Below, piece by piece: positions 1-13,097 of a stretch of DNA of 64,000 nt. A model generated the notes under the pieces. That model saw nothing but the letters and a program-made list of their open reading frames with translations. It made no database searches and was not told the DNA's origin. Made by a program: the position numbers and the translations under genes. Numbering within the stretch: the first letter of the stretch is position 1; every line of letters starts with the position of its first letter. The stretch comes from Klebsormidium nitens (taxonomy: Eukaryota; Plantae; Klebsormidiophyceae), in contig DF237196.1 in NCBI GenBank assembly GCA_000708835.1, forward strand, positions 58,907-122,906. Direction: 5' to 3'.

Positions 1-76
1 GACTCCCCACTGTATGACTTAAAAGAACTGCAAACGTGTACTGCCCAATCCCAGATCTTTCCTCCCTCCTTGACAG

Positions 77-3000
77 GACCCGATTGCGCACATTGAAGAG
101 CTTCTGAGAAAGGGTGATGACAAGAGCGGAGGAGGCGGTTGCGGCGCTGAACAAGCTCTGCTGCAGCATAATCTGGAACAAGAAGCATCCCGATGGCTTG
201 ACTCGTGAACAAATGCAAGAGTTGCTGCTGAAGCCAACCCCTGCCTTGAAGAAGGTAAAACTCATGCAATGTTAGGAGTGCTACTTATTCAACGTGGGCA
301 TAAGGGCCTTTGAAGAATTGATCCCTTTCATTAAAGGGTCTGAAGAAGTCCTGCCTGTCTGTCTTTCTAAAGAAGTTCACAAGGTTTGCTCTTTATTTTA
401 GTACATGTACCACGATCCTGAATACTATGGTACAGAGTCAAATGATCAATATCCTGTGTGACTTAGATGTGATGAGTTTGCAGCCTGAGATCTCAGTCCC
501 AACTCTTTTACTGGGCACAAGACTGCTGACTGACGCCTCGTATACGCGCCATCATGATCAGGTTTCTTCAAAAGCATGGGCTTCTCTCCCTTGCCCTTGG
601 AAAAGAATGTCAATGCAGGCCTCTTCTCCCCTCTCAGGTGCAGAAGCTGATGAAGAACGAGTCCCTGGTCCAAGCCATCGTACAGCTGCTCCACCACCCG
701 GTTCTACTCCGCGACGCAACCGCCGAAGAGGCCGCCAACAACCAAGACTTCAGGGCGCTGGCCTCCTCTTTGAGTTGCATAGGCTATTTCCCAGACTTTG
801 CCTCGAGCCTCACGGAAGCGGGGTTGGCGCAGGAGGTTGCGAATCTCGGGGAGTCGTTCCGGAAATGGACTCGGCCTGTTCTGTTGAACAACATGGTCCC
901 CAGCAGTGGGGAGAACTGCCTCACTTGGATCCGGAACCTGGGGCGCCTTTCGACCTGCTTGGAGCTGCTTTCGGAGATGCTAGCATGGGCCGACTTTGGG
1001 CAGGAAGCGGTTCGAGTGGGCCTGTTGCCGGGATTGTTGAAAGCGTGGCCCCCAAAGGGATACGACCATCCCCGGTACTTCAACGTGATCCAGGCGAACG
1101 AAGCGATGTGCGAGTGCTCTGCGGACATGCTGAGAGCGGTCGAGTTGGCGCTGCGGAACGGCGAGTTCAGAGAGTGGAAAGAGAAGCAGCGGAACGAGCT
1201 CGTGGAGTGGCTCCTATCTGTGCTGACGTGGCAGCGCTTCCTCGGGTTTTACCCCGAGTGCACGGCGTCGCAGAACTACCAGGGAGCTGTTAGGCAAGTC
1301 TGGGTGGGGATCTACGGCCAGTGCTTGGGCGCCGGCTCGGGCGTCCGGAGCAAACTGGCGAGAAAGATGCAGAAAGCGTTCAAGGAGCTAGTGGCGAGTC
1401 CCGAGGCGCGGACCTGGAGCCCGACGCTGCAGAGCACCATGAAAGTCGTCGGCGAGGTGATGGACGAGCATATCAAGGAGCGGGACGGCGGGGGGGGGGC
1501 GTCTGCAGCTGTTGCGCAACCCCCTGAGGACGGGCTGGCCTTACTGACGTCAGCAGGAGGGGCGCCGCAGGTGCGGCCGGACAAGGTGGCGGCGCTTCTG
1601 CGGTCCAGGAAGAAGGCTGACGTGTTGCGGGGGATCCAGGCCATCCGGGCGGTGCTCGAGGGGGCTACGCGAGTGAACGGGGACAAGGTCGCGCTGTGCC
1701 GCGACCTGGAAGGGGGGCTGCCGTTTGAGAGGGCCGGCGTTCGGGAGGCGGTGATGGACGCGTTTGAGGGCCCGTTGGGGGGGTGGCTGCTGCGGGCCAA
1801 CCAAAAGGCCGATGCCGAGACTGCGCTCACTTCCTTGGATTCGATGTGCCGGCGTTTCTTGAGTGAAGTAGCGGCGGCGGAAGCTGGAAAACTGTCGGTC
1901 CCGGCAGAGTTTCCGCAGTGGGAGTACTGGCGGGCAAAAGAAGCGGGCCCTGGAGACGACGGGGCTCTGGGAGCGGGAAGCGGAGAAGTGCGAACTGTGG
2001 GAGGTTTGGGTCGGACTGAGGCAGGGATTGAGGACCAATTCGTAGCACGAAAGAGAGAGGTAAGTCTCTCAAGAGGTTCTAACGCCTCCAACGCAGATTG
2101 CAACGGGCAGAAAGAGGTGTTGGGCGGGCTCACGGGCACTTCGACTTTGGACGGGCCTGCCCGGGATCTGGACGGACGGAGTGCGGGTTTGGACGGGCCG
2201 GACAGGGATCAGGACGGGCGGAATGGAAGTCCGGACGGGCGAGACTTCATCGGGGACAAATCGGACGGGGTATCGAACGGGCGGAATGGAAGTTCGGACG
2301 GACAGAGTGTCGAGTCGACCAGGCGAGACAGCGTTTTGGACGGACTTGACGGCACGCCCACCATGGACTCTGTCGTGCTGCGCCTCCTGCGGTGGGTTGT
2401 GCGGCAGCCCGCGCTCGAGCCCGTGATTCTCGCGGCCGCGCTCATGCCGATCGAGATCGAGTGCGCGCGAGTCGGATCGGCCCGCGTGGTCGCTGCGCGC
2501 AACGGCGCGTTGGCGCTTGGCAAAAGAGTGCTCGAGATGGAACTAAAACCGGGGCCGGTGCAGCGGTTGCTCGCCCATCGCGCGCGGGAGCTGCTCGACC
2601 CGGTCCTGCGGGAGAACCACAGGTGCCCGGAGGCGTCGGCGGAGGTGCGAAGGCTCGCGCGGGAACTAGGCGTGGCGGAGTGCGCGGCCGACCTGCTCGG
2701 CGCGGGGTCGGACAGCCGCATTTCCGAGCTCCACGTGCTAAACGTCTTGGAGGCGTGCACTCGGAACGGGCCGGGGCTGCGGACGAAACCAGGGTTCATC
2801 AAGCGCGCGGTGGCGCGCCTCAAGTACGCGCTGTCCGTGTACGCGAGAGCGAACACCGAGGGTTGGGATGAGGAGGGGATCCCCCCCCGACCCCCTCCAA
2901 CTGCCAGGTGGCGAATCCGCTGCAAACCCTGCCCGTCTTCTCCCGGCCCCTGGAATCCTAGTAGCCGACGATCTGAAACTCGAGTGGGACGTGTCTGCGA

Positions 3001-4815
3001 CGTGCCTCGACCCCCCCCCCGTCTGGCCCCGCGTCTTCGGGGCCGTCTACCAGCTGCTCAAAGTGCTCGCTGACGTCATCCGGGACCAAAGCGAGCCGGC
3101 ATTCGTCGAGTTTGTCCGCAGCGGCGGGGTGGAGGCCGCGGCCGTGTTCATAGACCTCAACCCCACGAGACTTTTGATGTGTCAGTCGGATGACCCGAAC
3201 ATTTGGGAGACGGACTGGGGGCTTAGGGCGCGGAAGAGACTGGCGGAAGCCGCTGACCTGGCGGACGGACTGTGGGAACGGGCGGAAGCGAAGTACGGGC
3301 TTCGCCGGTGCGGCAGGGTTAAGGTGGGTGGCGCCCTCTGTCGTTCTCAGCGCGGCACTATCTTTCAGCTGAGTGTTGAGAAGAGTGCAGTACAAGGGTT
3401 GCCGACTGATCTTGTACTCCGTACTTTGTGCTTTAGAAAGCTGAGCACAGAACTCTAATATTGAGCTTTTTCCGACAAGCTTTTCAAAGCGCCCTTCCTG
3501 TTCTCGCTCTTGTTCTTTGTGGCGTTCTGATGCCAAGTAGAATGTTGGGTCGAGTGCACATTAATAAAGCTCATCAGACTGTAGGCCCTTACAAACAGCC
3601 GATGTGTGTTGCGAACGCTTCGATCAGGCACCCCTTGAAGACTCTTATCATCAAAGTCAGCAGAATATTGATATGACTTCTGAATCTCCCCACTTGTCTG
3701 GCGTTGTGGCGTCCTGTTTGACTTTCAACCTCTGTCGATGCCCTTGCTCTCCTGCGTGTGCACTCCGTCCTTTTCTCGATTCTCGAAAGACCGAGCATCC
3801 TGCGTTGCTTCCACTGGAATACGAACGCCGATCCGCGAACGGCTGTCTTTCTTGCTTCACAGAACGCCTTCCAGCGGTGTCACCAGCGCGAGACCAAAGG
3901 CGGGACGTTTAAGCAGTGCGGCAGGAAGTGCGGCGTCTTCTACTGCAGCAGGGACTGCCAGGTGCGGCGTTATCATGGTTGAACCGTCTGTTCTGGTTGG
4001 GACGCTTCTCATGGTTTTGCCGTCGGCTTTTGGACTGGATCTGAAACAGTGCGTGGGCTCGGATCTGGGCATGAGTGAAATTCCGACAAGACTCTTTCTG
4101 AAGGGCATGAAACCTTGTCCGTTTCATCCATACCTGTAAAGCAGGCAAACCCTCAGGATCCGGAAGGACAACCAAAGGAGCGGAATTCTGCAGCGTCTGC
4201 GACTAATGCGGGACGACAGTGACGTCTGACGTCTAAGCGCCTCCTCTTGTTCTTCCGAAGACAGCCGACATGCGCATGCCGATTGCAATTCCAGCCTGAG
4301 TCCAAAGCGAGTCGGACTGCCTCGAATAAGCATCTATGATGCTGCATTGCTTTGCTTCTTCCCCTTCCCCGGGTTCCATGATGAAAAAAAGTCAGTCTGC
4401 ACTCAGTCTTCCACTTCATTGCTTTCAATTGACGTCCCTGCTATTTTGTGCACCATGACAGAGTTTTGTGACGTCACGAGTAAGCTTTCCCGGGTTGCTT
4501 TCTCAAAGTCATGTGTGCAACTAAATGGTTTGGCGGCCCAAGAATTTGATTGCTTGGATGCTTGTCTGTCAGGTCCATTCCTGAGAGCAGTCTGGCTACT
4601 TCGCCCTTAAGCGGGTTAGCGGATCAAAGTCTGGCTTTTCTTCTCCAGTCGAGATGTTCACACTGATGCGGATGACGTCATCAAATTGCGGTCAACTGTG
4701 CAACTCAGGCACAACGTTGCGCGCCTTGCAGGTAAACCACTGGAAGGAGGGTCACAAGCAGGCTTGCACGCCCAGAAACGGAAGCATCCCTGCGCCTGGG
4801 CCTACCGCTGCCTAA
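77..4815 (+). pseudogene. zf-MYND protein with long helical (ARM-like) N-terminal region, copy 1, frameshifted; 5' exons lie upstream of the window
   Basis: Exons 77-254, 638-3323, 3863-3961 (NAFQRCHQRETKGGTFKQCGRKCGVFYCSRDCQ) and 4732-4815 (VNHWKEGHKQAC...*), all AG..GT bounded. The first exon is 178 nt versus 180 nt in copy 2 (2-nt deletion near 128-131). The large exon is 3n+1 long, with an apparent extra C in the C8 run at 2881-2888. Confidence 0.8.
2130..2355 (+). repeat. Imperfect 21-nt (7-aa, [LS]DGxxxx) coding repeat in the acidic linker of MYND copy 1
   Basis: LDGPARD LDGRSAG LDGPDRD QDGRNGS PDGRDFI ... SNGRNGS SDGQSVE. A shorter array in copy 2 at about 10315-10515. Confidence 0.7.
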
Positions 4816-6709
4816 CTCGCTCAAACGTTGCGCAGAGGTCGAATCTCACAGCCAGGTGCGGGAGTGTCCAAATGTTTTGGGTTTTTAGGCCCTGACCCTG
4901 TCTATTGTCTGGTAGGAGTTTGTGAAACTCAAAAGCTGTTGATGGTAGTCTCGACTGAGTGCCTGCTCGCCGATTTTGGGTGGTTTCGAACGAGATCTCA
5001 AAAGTGGTCGTCGACCACGTTCAAAGTCGGGGCGGCGTCAATTGCGCCGTGTCGTTTGGGGCGGAGCACCTCTTTGAGAAGGTGGCTTTTTAAGGCCCGC
5101 GAGAGTAACGACTTGGACAAGGATAGGTCATTTTGTATATCTGAGGAAGCGAAGCGCCAGAATACATTTTCTTGACCTGGAGCTCAATGGCTCAGATTGA
5201 GAGAGTAAAAGAGAACATGTACAGCGGGTAGGGCCGCCTTCTTGAAGTTGTGAATGGGAGTCAGCGAGGCAGTCCGACCAACTGTAAAGTTTCTAACTTC
5301 AGGCTGTTTGGATTTTCGTAGAAGGTTTTCCCCGAGAGAAGCGACCTTTGGGTGGCGGCCCTGGATGCGCGTCCCAGCATGGCGCTGGCGGGTCTCAAAC
5401 GTTCCTCTGAGCCTTAGGGGAGGTCGTGAAAGTTGTCTGGTGAGGGTATTTCCGCACTTCCTTTCCTGGATTCACGTGGTGCAACTCTGGCGTGGTGCAA
5501 CTCTGGCATCATGCAGACTCCGCAAAGTAGTCGCTTGAGCAGGGCGTTGCGCCTTGTGCTTTTATGGTTAGCAGATCAGGTCCGACCTTGGGGCGCCGCT
5601 TTGCTAGTCGTTCCTTGGTGCTGTTCGGCTCATTGTCAACGGCTCGTGCCCTCATAGTTCAGGTGGTCTTTGGGGATGCTTCTTGAACGTGGCAGACTTT
5701 TGCAGCGAGACTGATTGCTTCTTTGAATCCGACCGCCCTGCATACTACCGAACCAAGGAAACAAGCAAACGGTTGAAATTTCGTTTTTCTTATCGGGTGG
5801 TGCTCTTAAATGGCTTCTTAGGCCGCGTGTTTTGGTTCGACTCTTGCCGACTTCGTTTGCTGTCGACTTTCTGAGCACGATATACAAGCCTTGAGACCTG
5901 TGCGCCGCAACATTGCGATCCTTCTTTGCAATGTACACTTTCCTTTCGGCTGAAACCCACATGCTTTCTTGATCTTTTTATTCCTTGTTCCGCAGATGGA
6001 AGGATGGGGGCCTTGATGGAAGTGGACACACATTACGATCAAGTATTACATGCTAACTGAGCTCAAGTATGGCAGTGATCAATCTACTGTCGCCACATAA
6101 CTAAAGGCGTCAACTTCGAATAGTGCCTTGAATTTGGAAATGACTTCACAGTTGACGTCAGAATCCCGGTCTTTGATTTGCGCTCCCGATTGCGCTACAT
6201 GTCTGTGGTGAACTACAAAGAAGCAGGAATAGAGGAAAGGGTTCAATGTTCTCTTCTCAAAGAATAATTCCATGTTTTCCGAGATCTCCTCATAGATACA
6301 GTTAGATGTGAGATCCCAGAAGTCGCGGAAAAGAAACTGACAACCATCTTGTTTTCGTGTTCAAGTGGGCTCAAGTTTCAAAGCGTGTGATTGTTGTGCG
6401 AAATTCTTCTACAAGAAAGTAAACGCCGTCGAACTTGAAGGGAGCGTACCTGCATTTGGTATCATACCACATCCAGCTGACCACATTCATGACGATCCGA
6501 CAAAAAATTGATGCGTCACGAAGTTTCTTGGTTGCTTGTTTGAATATGTGAGATTTGGTGGCTTTGAGATGCATGCATGCTTTCGAAGAATCCTTGGCGA
6601 TAAGAAGAAGCGTGTTGCAGAGAAACGTTGAACTTCGGAACTGCCATGGCCCGTCAGCTTTCAACAGACTTCCGCCGGAAACGCATGCAGGCTCACGGGC
6701 AAGCAAAAC

Positions 6710-6899
6710 ATGCCTGAGGACGCGGCAGCTGCACCGAGCGAAAGAGAGCGGACCGCGGCGGCCCGCGCGGCCCTCGGCCGCCGCGCTAGCGGCCGCCGGC
6801 GCCATGCAGACCTTGAGTCCAATGCTCTCCAAGCTTCCGGGCCCGGCAGTGTGTGGCGCTGTGACATGGAGCGGAACGGTTCAGTCACGTGTGCTCAAG
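6710..6899 (+). other. Candidate first exon of MYND copy 2
   Basis: GC-rich block with ATG in an aaaacATG context at 6710 and AAG|gt donor at 6899/6900. Reading MPEDAAAAPSERERTAAARAAL into AAALAAAGAMQTLSP needs a 1-nt shift; an in-frame alternative ATG exists near 6805. Confidence 0.35.
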
Positions 6900-7985
6900 G
6901 TTGAATGCACTCTCACTCTTGCTCCAGCCTCCAACTGCCTCTTTCAAAATCCAGAGTAATTTCGTTTGATTGATGCTGTCAAAGAGGTCCTGCAGGCGCA
7001 TTTGAGATAAGAAGCTGGTCTAGTTTTCTTGTAAGAGATTTCGTATATCGTCTGCAAATTGAGCGGAGATGGGAAAAGGAAGGTGCCCTAGCACGAAGAT
7101 GTCGTTGCGGAGCGCTGTGCATTTTTATTTTTGAGTATACTTTATTGGTGCATGCGGCGTACCAATCTCCTCATGCATGAGCAGTGAGCTGGCAGGTGCA
7201 TCAGCAGGTCATGATATGTGACTCCAGGTAGCTGTGCAGCTTTAAGGGGAGCAGCTTGTTGGCCGAGCTGGAGTTCCAGGACTCCTCTTCTCCCCTAACA
7301 CTTTGACCCGAGTCAACAACATGGCCACAGAACTTTCAGTAAAGAAGGTCAGGAGGCCCATTTGCCGCGCACTCTTTGAATTATGCTTGTCTTTTGACTG
7401 CTGAAGTGGTGGTGAATCGATTTTGACCCTGTCAAAGAGGGAAACAGATTCATTTCAGCAATCACTCAAAAAGTTTCTAGTCAGAATTTCAAGAACTGTG
7501 TGTTTGAAATTTATCTGCGGAAAAGTATGGGAAACTCTAGGATGTGACTTTTATCCAGCTCCTCAATGTGCTTATGAAAGTTGTGGCAGATGTTGGTTCA
7601 AGGGGATTGCTCTGACGATGTCTGTATAAGAGCATATGACTAACAGTGCCACAAATTTCTAAAACCCAATCTTTAGACCGCTGGCACTCATAGCTCTTCT
7701 TGGAGCCAAAGCTGTGAGCTTGGAGGTCCCGAAGTATATGTTTGTCTACCCTGTTGATATAAAAGCAAATAGATGGAACTTTTTACGATTCGAAATCACA
7801 CTGTTGGCATATCCGCTCCTGATACTTCTTTCCAAGATAATTCTTTCCAAAGGCAATCCAGTATATCACTGTTGCAATCCACCTTTGATGCTCTCAGGCA
7901 ACTTCATGTCATGCAATGCTAAAAGCAGCACAAGATGACTGTTGAACCACTAGCCCCTGATTCACAACTTTTCTTCCAATCACAG

Positions 7986-10900
7986 GACTCTGCTGCATAC
8001 TTGGAAGAGCTTCTGGAGAAGGGTGATGACAAGAGCGTGCTGGAAGCAGTTGGAGCTATGCACAAACTCTGTTGCGACATCATCTGGCACAAGAAACAAC
8101 GTAAACAATTGGCCCTAGATGAGATGCAAGAACTGCTGCTGAAACCAACTCCCCCCCTGAAGAAGGTGAGCAGCGCCTCTTGTCTCATTTCAGTTGTGCT
8201 TGCACTTCCTCAAATGGGAAAGAACCATTGAATAGCTCAATTCTAGAGCTGATGCCTTTGATTGGGTCTCTCATCCATCTTAAGCCTCTAGCTTCAATCC
8301 AGGGCCTTAGTGGTTTTAGGCCTTTAGGGATTTAGGGTTCTGGAAAATGACATACCTGACGGATCCCATGACTTACAGGAGCCTTCAGCCACCACCTGAT
8401 GCCTTTTGACACTGTACAATAAGTCAGACTCTCCTTGGTCTGGCATGATCTGAGGCCACAAAAGATGACTCCGGAGACTGTTCTCAAGAGCAATGGAAGT
8501 GTTCCAGGCTTTGAAACCTGCTTAACACTGTGCATTTCTGAGCCTTGAAATGATTCTGCTGGATTCTTGTTGTAATATGACCATCTTGAAAGTCTAGTTT
8601 CATTTCCCAGCTATGCATCTGACACCCGTCAAAAGGTCGTGATGCGCTCAACTAGGCCGGCTCCGTAACTGAGTCTTGTGGCATCCAGTCGCGCGCCGTT
8701 CCACAAACTCTAGCACGCCTCCCTTTCAAGCCCTGTTCGCATTCAGACCCTCCTTTTTTATCGCCACTCTCGTAACAACTTGATTGCTCCCCCTCAGGAA
8801 GACCAGACCAATCACATCAACCCCTTTCCATTCCCCAGGTGCAAAAGCTGATGAAGAATGAGTCCCTGGTCCGAGCTGTTGTTCAGCTGCTTCACCACCC
8901 GGTTCTACTCCGCGACGCCACACGAGAAGAGCGTGCTTGCCAGCAAGACTTCACGGCGCTTGTATCTTTCCTGGGGCGCATGGCCTTCTTCTCAGATTTT
9001 GCGGAGAGTCTCGACAAGGCGGGGCTGGCACAGGAGGTTGCAAACCTTGTAGACCATCTCCAACAGTGGACACGGCCCGTTATATTGAGCAGCTTGGATT
9101 CCAACCGCTCGGCGCAGTACTCCCGCTGGATCCGACGGCTGGAGCGCTTCTCGAGCTGCCTGGATCTGCTCGCCGAGATGTTCACGACGGCCGAGTTCGG
9201 CCGCGAGGCAGTGCGGCTGAAGCTGCTGCCGGCGCTCCTGAAAGCCTGGCCCCCGCAAGGTTTCGAGCAGCCCCGGACATTCATGGTCGTAGAGGCAAAC
9301 CAGGCAATGTGCAAGTGCGCCGCAAACATGCTGATTGTGCTCGAGCTCGCCCTCAAAAACAGCGCGTTTGACGAGTTCAGGAACGAGCGGCGGAACGAGC
9401 TCACGGAGTGGCTCCTCTCCGTGCTGACGTGGCAGCGGCTGCTGGGAGCTCAGCCTGAGTGCGCGGCGTTGGCGGTCTACGAGGAGGCTGTCGAGCAAGC
9501 GTGGCTGAGGGTTTACTTGAAGTACCTGGGGGCCGGCCGCGGAGTGCGCAGTAGAGTGGCGAAACGGATGCAAAAGATGTGCAAGGAAATGTTGGCGATC
9601 CCGGACGCACGGTCTTGGAGCCCGGAACTGCGAGGGACGCTGGAGACGGTTCGCAAGGTGATCGACGATCGGATGAGGGAACGAGACGGCAAGGGGAGTC
9701 GATATGAATTCTCGGAGCATCTTCTTGACGACGAAAGGGCCTTTGGATGGTCACCGAGGGGAGCTTCGCACGTGCCGCCTGACAAAGTGGCGGCGCTGCT
9801 GCGGTCCGGAAAGAAGGCGGATGTCTTGCGCGGAGTTCAAGCAATTCCGGCGGTTCTGCTGGGAGACCTGCAGTCGGAGGTGGGGGGCGCGGCCTTGATG
9901 CGTCAGAGTCTGGACGGTTTGCCGTACGAAAAGGCGGGCGTCCGAGACGCGCTGATGGACGTTTTCGAGGGCCCTCTGGGGAATTGGCTGTTGCAAGTCA
10001 ACAAGGGGGCCGATGCAGAAGCTGCGCTTACTTCCTTGGACTCGATCAACCGGCGCTTTTTGAACGAAGCCGCGGCCGCAGAGGCCGGGGACACGGCTCC
10101 CAGGGAGTTTCCTTCGTCCGAGTATTGGCGGGCACGAGATCCGGGACAGGAGGGGGGCAGGGCGTCAGAAGCGGGCAACGGAGAAGCCCGGTCTTCGGAG
10201 CATTTGCAAGGGCGCGAGGAAGCGGATGAGGAGCGGAAAGTCATCGGAACGGAGCGAGATTCTTTGCCTGATGCATCTGTTGCTCTCCTGTCCGATCCGG
10301 ACGCCCAAAAGGAGAGCTTGGACGGGCAGACGGAGAGGTCGGACGGGGAGAAACGGGATTCGGACGGCGGCGAAGGGATTCTTGGGGAGGAAAAGAATTT
10401 GGGTAAGGGACCAGGGGGTTCGGAAATGCAGTCTGAAGTTCCGCACAAGCAAGAAGGTACTTCGGACGGGCGAAGCGCTCAATCGGACGGGTTGAACGGA
10501 GAGTCGGACGGCCTGTCCGGTCCGCCTGCAATGGACCCCGTTGTGCTACGCCTCCTCCGCTGGATCGTGCGGCGGCCCCCATTGGAGGCACGACTTCTCA
10601 GTGCCGCGATTCTGCCAATAGAAATCGAGTGCGCGCGCGTCCCGTCAGCCCGGCTGGTCGCCGCTCGCAACGCCGCGCTGAAACTCGGGAAGAGAGTTGT
10701 CGAGGGGACGTTCGAGTTTAGCGGAACGCAACGAGCGCTCGCGTTCCGGGCGTGGGGGATGCTCGACGCGCTCTTGCGCGAGAACCACACGTGCCCGGAA
10801 GAGATGGCGGAGGTGCAGAGGCTCGCGCGGGAACTAGGCGTGGCGGAGTGCGCGGCCGACTTTCTGGGCGCCCGGACCGACAGCCGGTCGTACGAGCTGC

Positions 10901-13097
10901 ACCTCCTGAACGTGTTGGAGGCGTGCACCGATGCCGGGGCCGAACCGGCCTTGCAAACGAACGGAGGCTTTATGAAGCGCGCGGTTGCGAGCCTCAAGTA
11001 CGCGCTCTCGGTGTACGCGAGAGCAATGGCGGAGGGCTGGGATCAGGAACCCTCTCAAGAGGACCGCGCAACCGGCGCCGGTGCGGGTCTGCTAACCGCT
11101 CCGGGGGTCCGAGAGGCCGACGATCTGAAGCTCGAATGGTTCGTCTCTAAGACGTACCTCGACCCCCCCGCGGTGTGGCCCCGCGTCTTCGGAGCCGTCT
11201 ACCAGCTGATAAAGCTGCTTTCGGACTTGGTTCAGGGTGAAGGCGACGCGGCCTTTGTCGAGTTTGTTCGTAGCGGGGGGGTGGAGGCAGCGGCCGGGTT
11301 CCTAAACCTCAGCCCCCCGAGAACGGTGTTTTTGAAGTCGGCAGACCCGACGGTTTGGGAAACGGACAGGGAAACGAGGGCGCGGAAGAGGCTGGCGGAC
11401 GCTGCTGCCCTGGCGGACGGGCTGTGGGAACGAGCGGAAGCGAAGTACGGGCTGCGCAGGTGCGGCAGGGTGAAAGTGAGTGGCGCCCTCTGTCGTGCTC
11501 AGCGCGACACGAGTACTTATCCAGCCGAGTGTTGAAATTGGTGAAGAATCAGGGTCTTGATTGACCTTGTCCTTTCTGATTTGGAATCCGCCCGTTAGAA
11601 AGCTGAGCACAGAATGCTGAAATTGGGATTTTGTTGGATCCGACAAGCTTTGTAATGCGGCCTTTCCTGTGCTCGCTCTTGTCTTTGGCGGCGGTGTGGT
11701 GCCAAGTAATGTGTCGGGTCGAGTGGACAGTTTATTTCATCAGATCATCTGCCTCCAAAACAGCCGACGCGCGTGGCAAACGGCGCCCACTGTTTTCGTC
11801 AAAGACAGCGAGTTGTCGATGATTTGTCGGGTCTTGCCACTTGCCTAGCGTTGTGTCCTCTTGCTTGGATCATTGCCTCCGTCACAGCCCCTTCTCTCTT
11901 GCGTTTCTTATCTCGAGGCTCGAGAAACCGAGTATCATGCTTCGTTCCCACCCGATGCGGCTGCCGCTCAGCGAACGCCTCTCGTCTTGCTTTACAGAAC
12001 GCCTTCCAGCGGTGTCACCAGCGCGAGAGCAAAGGCGGGACGTTCAAGCAGTGCGGCAGGAAGTGCGGCGTCTTCTACTGCAGCCGGGACTGCCAGGTGC
12101 GTCTTTGTCGTCTGATGCAACTTCCATTCTGGTTGAGATGCTTCTCAGGGCTTTGCTGGTGGACTGCGGACTCTATGTGGACCAGTGCGCGGATTCGCTT
12201 CTGACGTCTTCGGTTTTGACGAGCTTTCAGCTTGAAAAGAACAACAATCTGACTTTTCGTTGTATGTTTATGAAACAGCCAGACGCTCACAACTTCGAAA
12301 GGAGGATGAAGTAGCAAATTCGGCCAGTATGGGCGATTGTAACAGAATGATACCTGACGTAAGACTTGTAGGAGCCTGAGAAGCGAATGAAGCTTGCTCT
12401 GAGTAATGGAGGATTTGGGCCGTCCATTCTCTTGAACACCACTTTTTATGTGGCTGTCTTTTCATTCGAAAGACAGTTAAGTGCGTGTGCCGAACCCCAG
12501 TTGAGCCGTTTCCGAGGTCGTACCGACGTTTTCTGACGACGTAACGCCCTGAATATGCAATCAGTGCCGTAGTGATTCGCTTCTCTTGTTGCCGTTTGCT
12601 GAGTTCCATGACGGGTCGTCTCAGTCGGTACGCTTCTTTATCCGTTGATCACTTTCACTCATCGTTCCTGCTTGTAAGGTGTACCACGACCCATTTTCGC
12701 GACGTCAAGTAGGCTTTTCCGGGTCGCCGAGAAATAAAGGATTCTTACAGTCATGTTTGCTATTCAGCATTCGACGATCAAATATGTTTCAATCATGTAT
12801 CTGTAAAGTCCTTCGGGCGCTGTTGTGGGAACAGCCCCGAAACTTTTCTTGATGCCTCGCCCTCGAGTCAGAGACAGTCCAGAATTTTTTCGGCGTTCCG
12901 GAATGTTGGCACTGATGCGGCTGACGTCATCAAATGGCGGTCAGTTCCCCCAAAACGTCGCGTTTTGATAGAAAAGGGCGACTCGGGCCCAAAGTGGCGC
13001 GCTTTGCCCGCAGGTAACCCACTGGAAGGAGGGTCACAAGCAGGCGTGTACGCCAAAGAACGGAAACGTTCCCGCGCCTGGGCCCACTGCTGCCTAG
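7986..13097 (+). CDS. zf-MYND protein with long helical (ARM-like) region, copy 2 (5' exons uncertain)
   Basis: Exons 7986-8165 (180 nt), 8839-11475 (2637 nt, open), 11998-12096 (CHQRE...CGRKCGVFYCSRDCQ) and 13014-13097 (VTHWKEGHKQAC...*). All are phase 0 and join in frame to give a C-terminal MYND finger. Confidence 0.85.

Noticed and set aside
6079-6600. AT-rich minus-strand ORFs upstream of MYND copy 2
   Set aside because: No recognisable domain or splice structure; likely intergenic or promoter DNA.
427-11646. Many 100-290 aa ORFs overlapping the MYND exons in other frames or strands
   Set aside because: Shadow ORFs of GC-rich exons; the true frame is fixed by paralog conservation.
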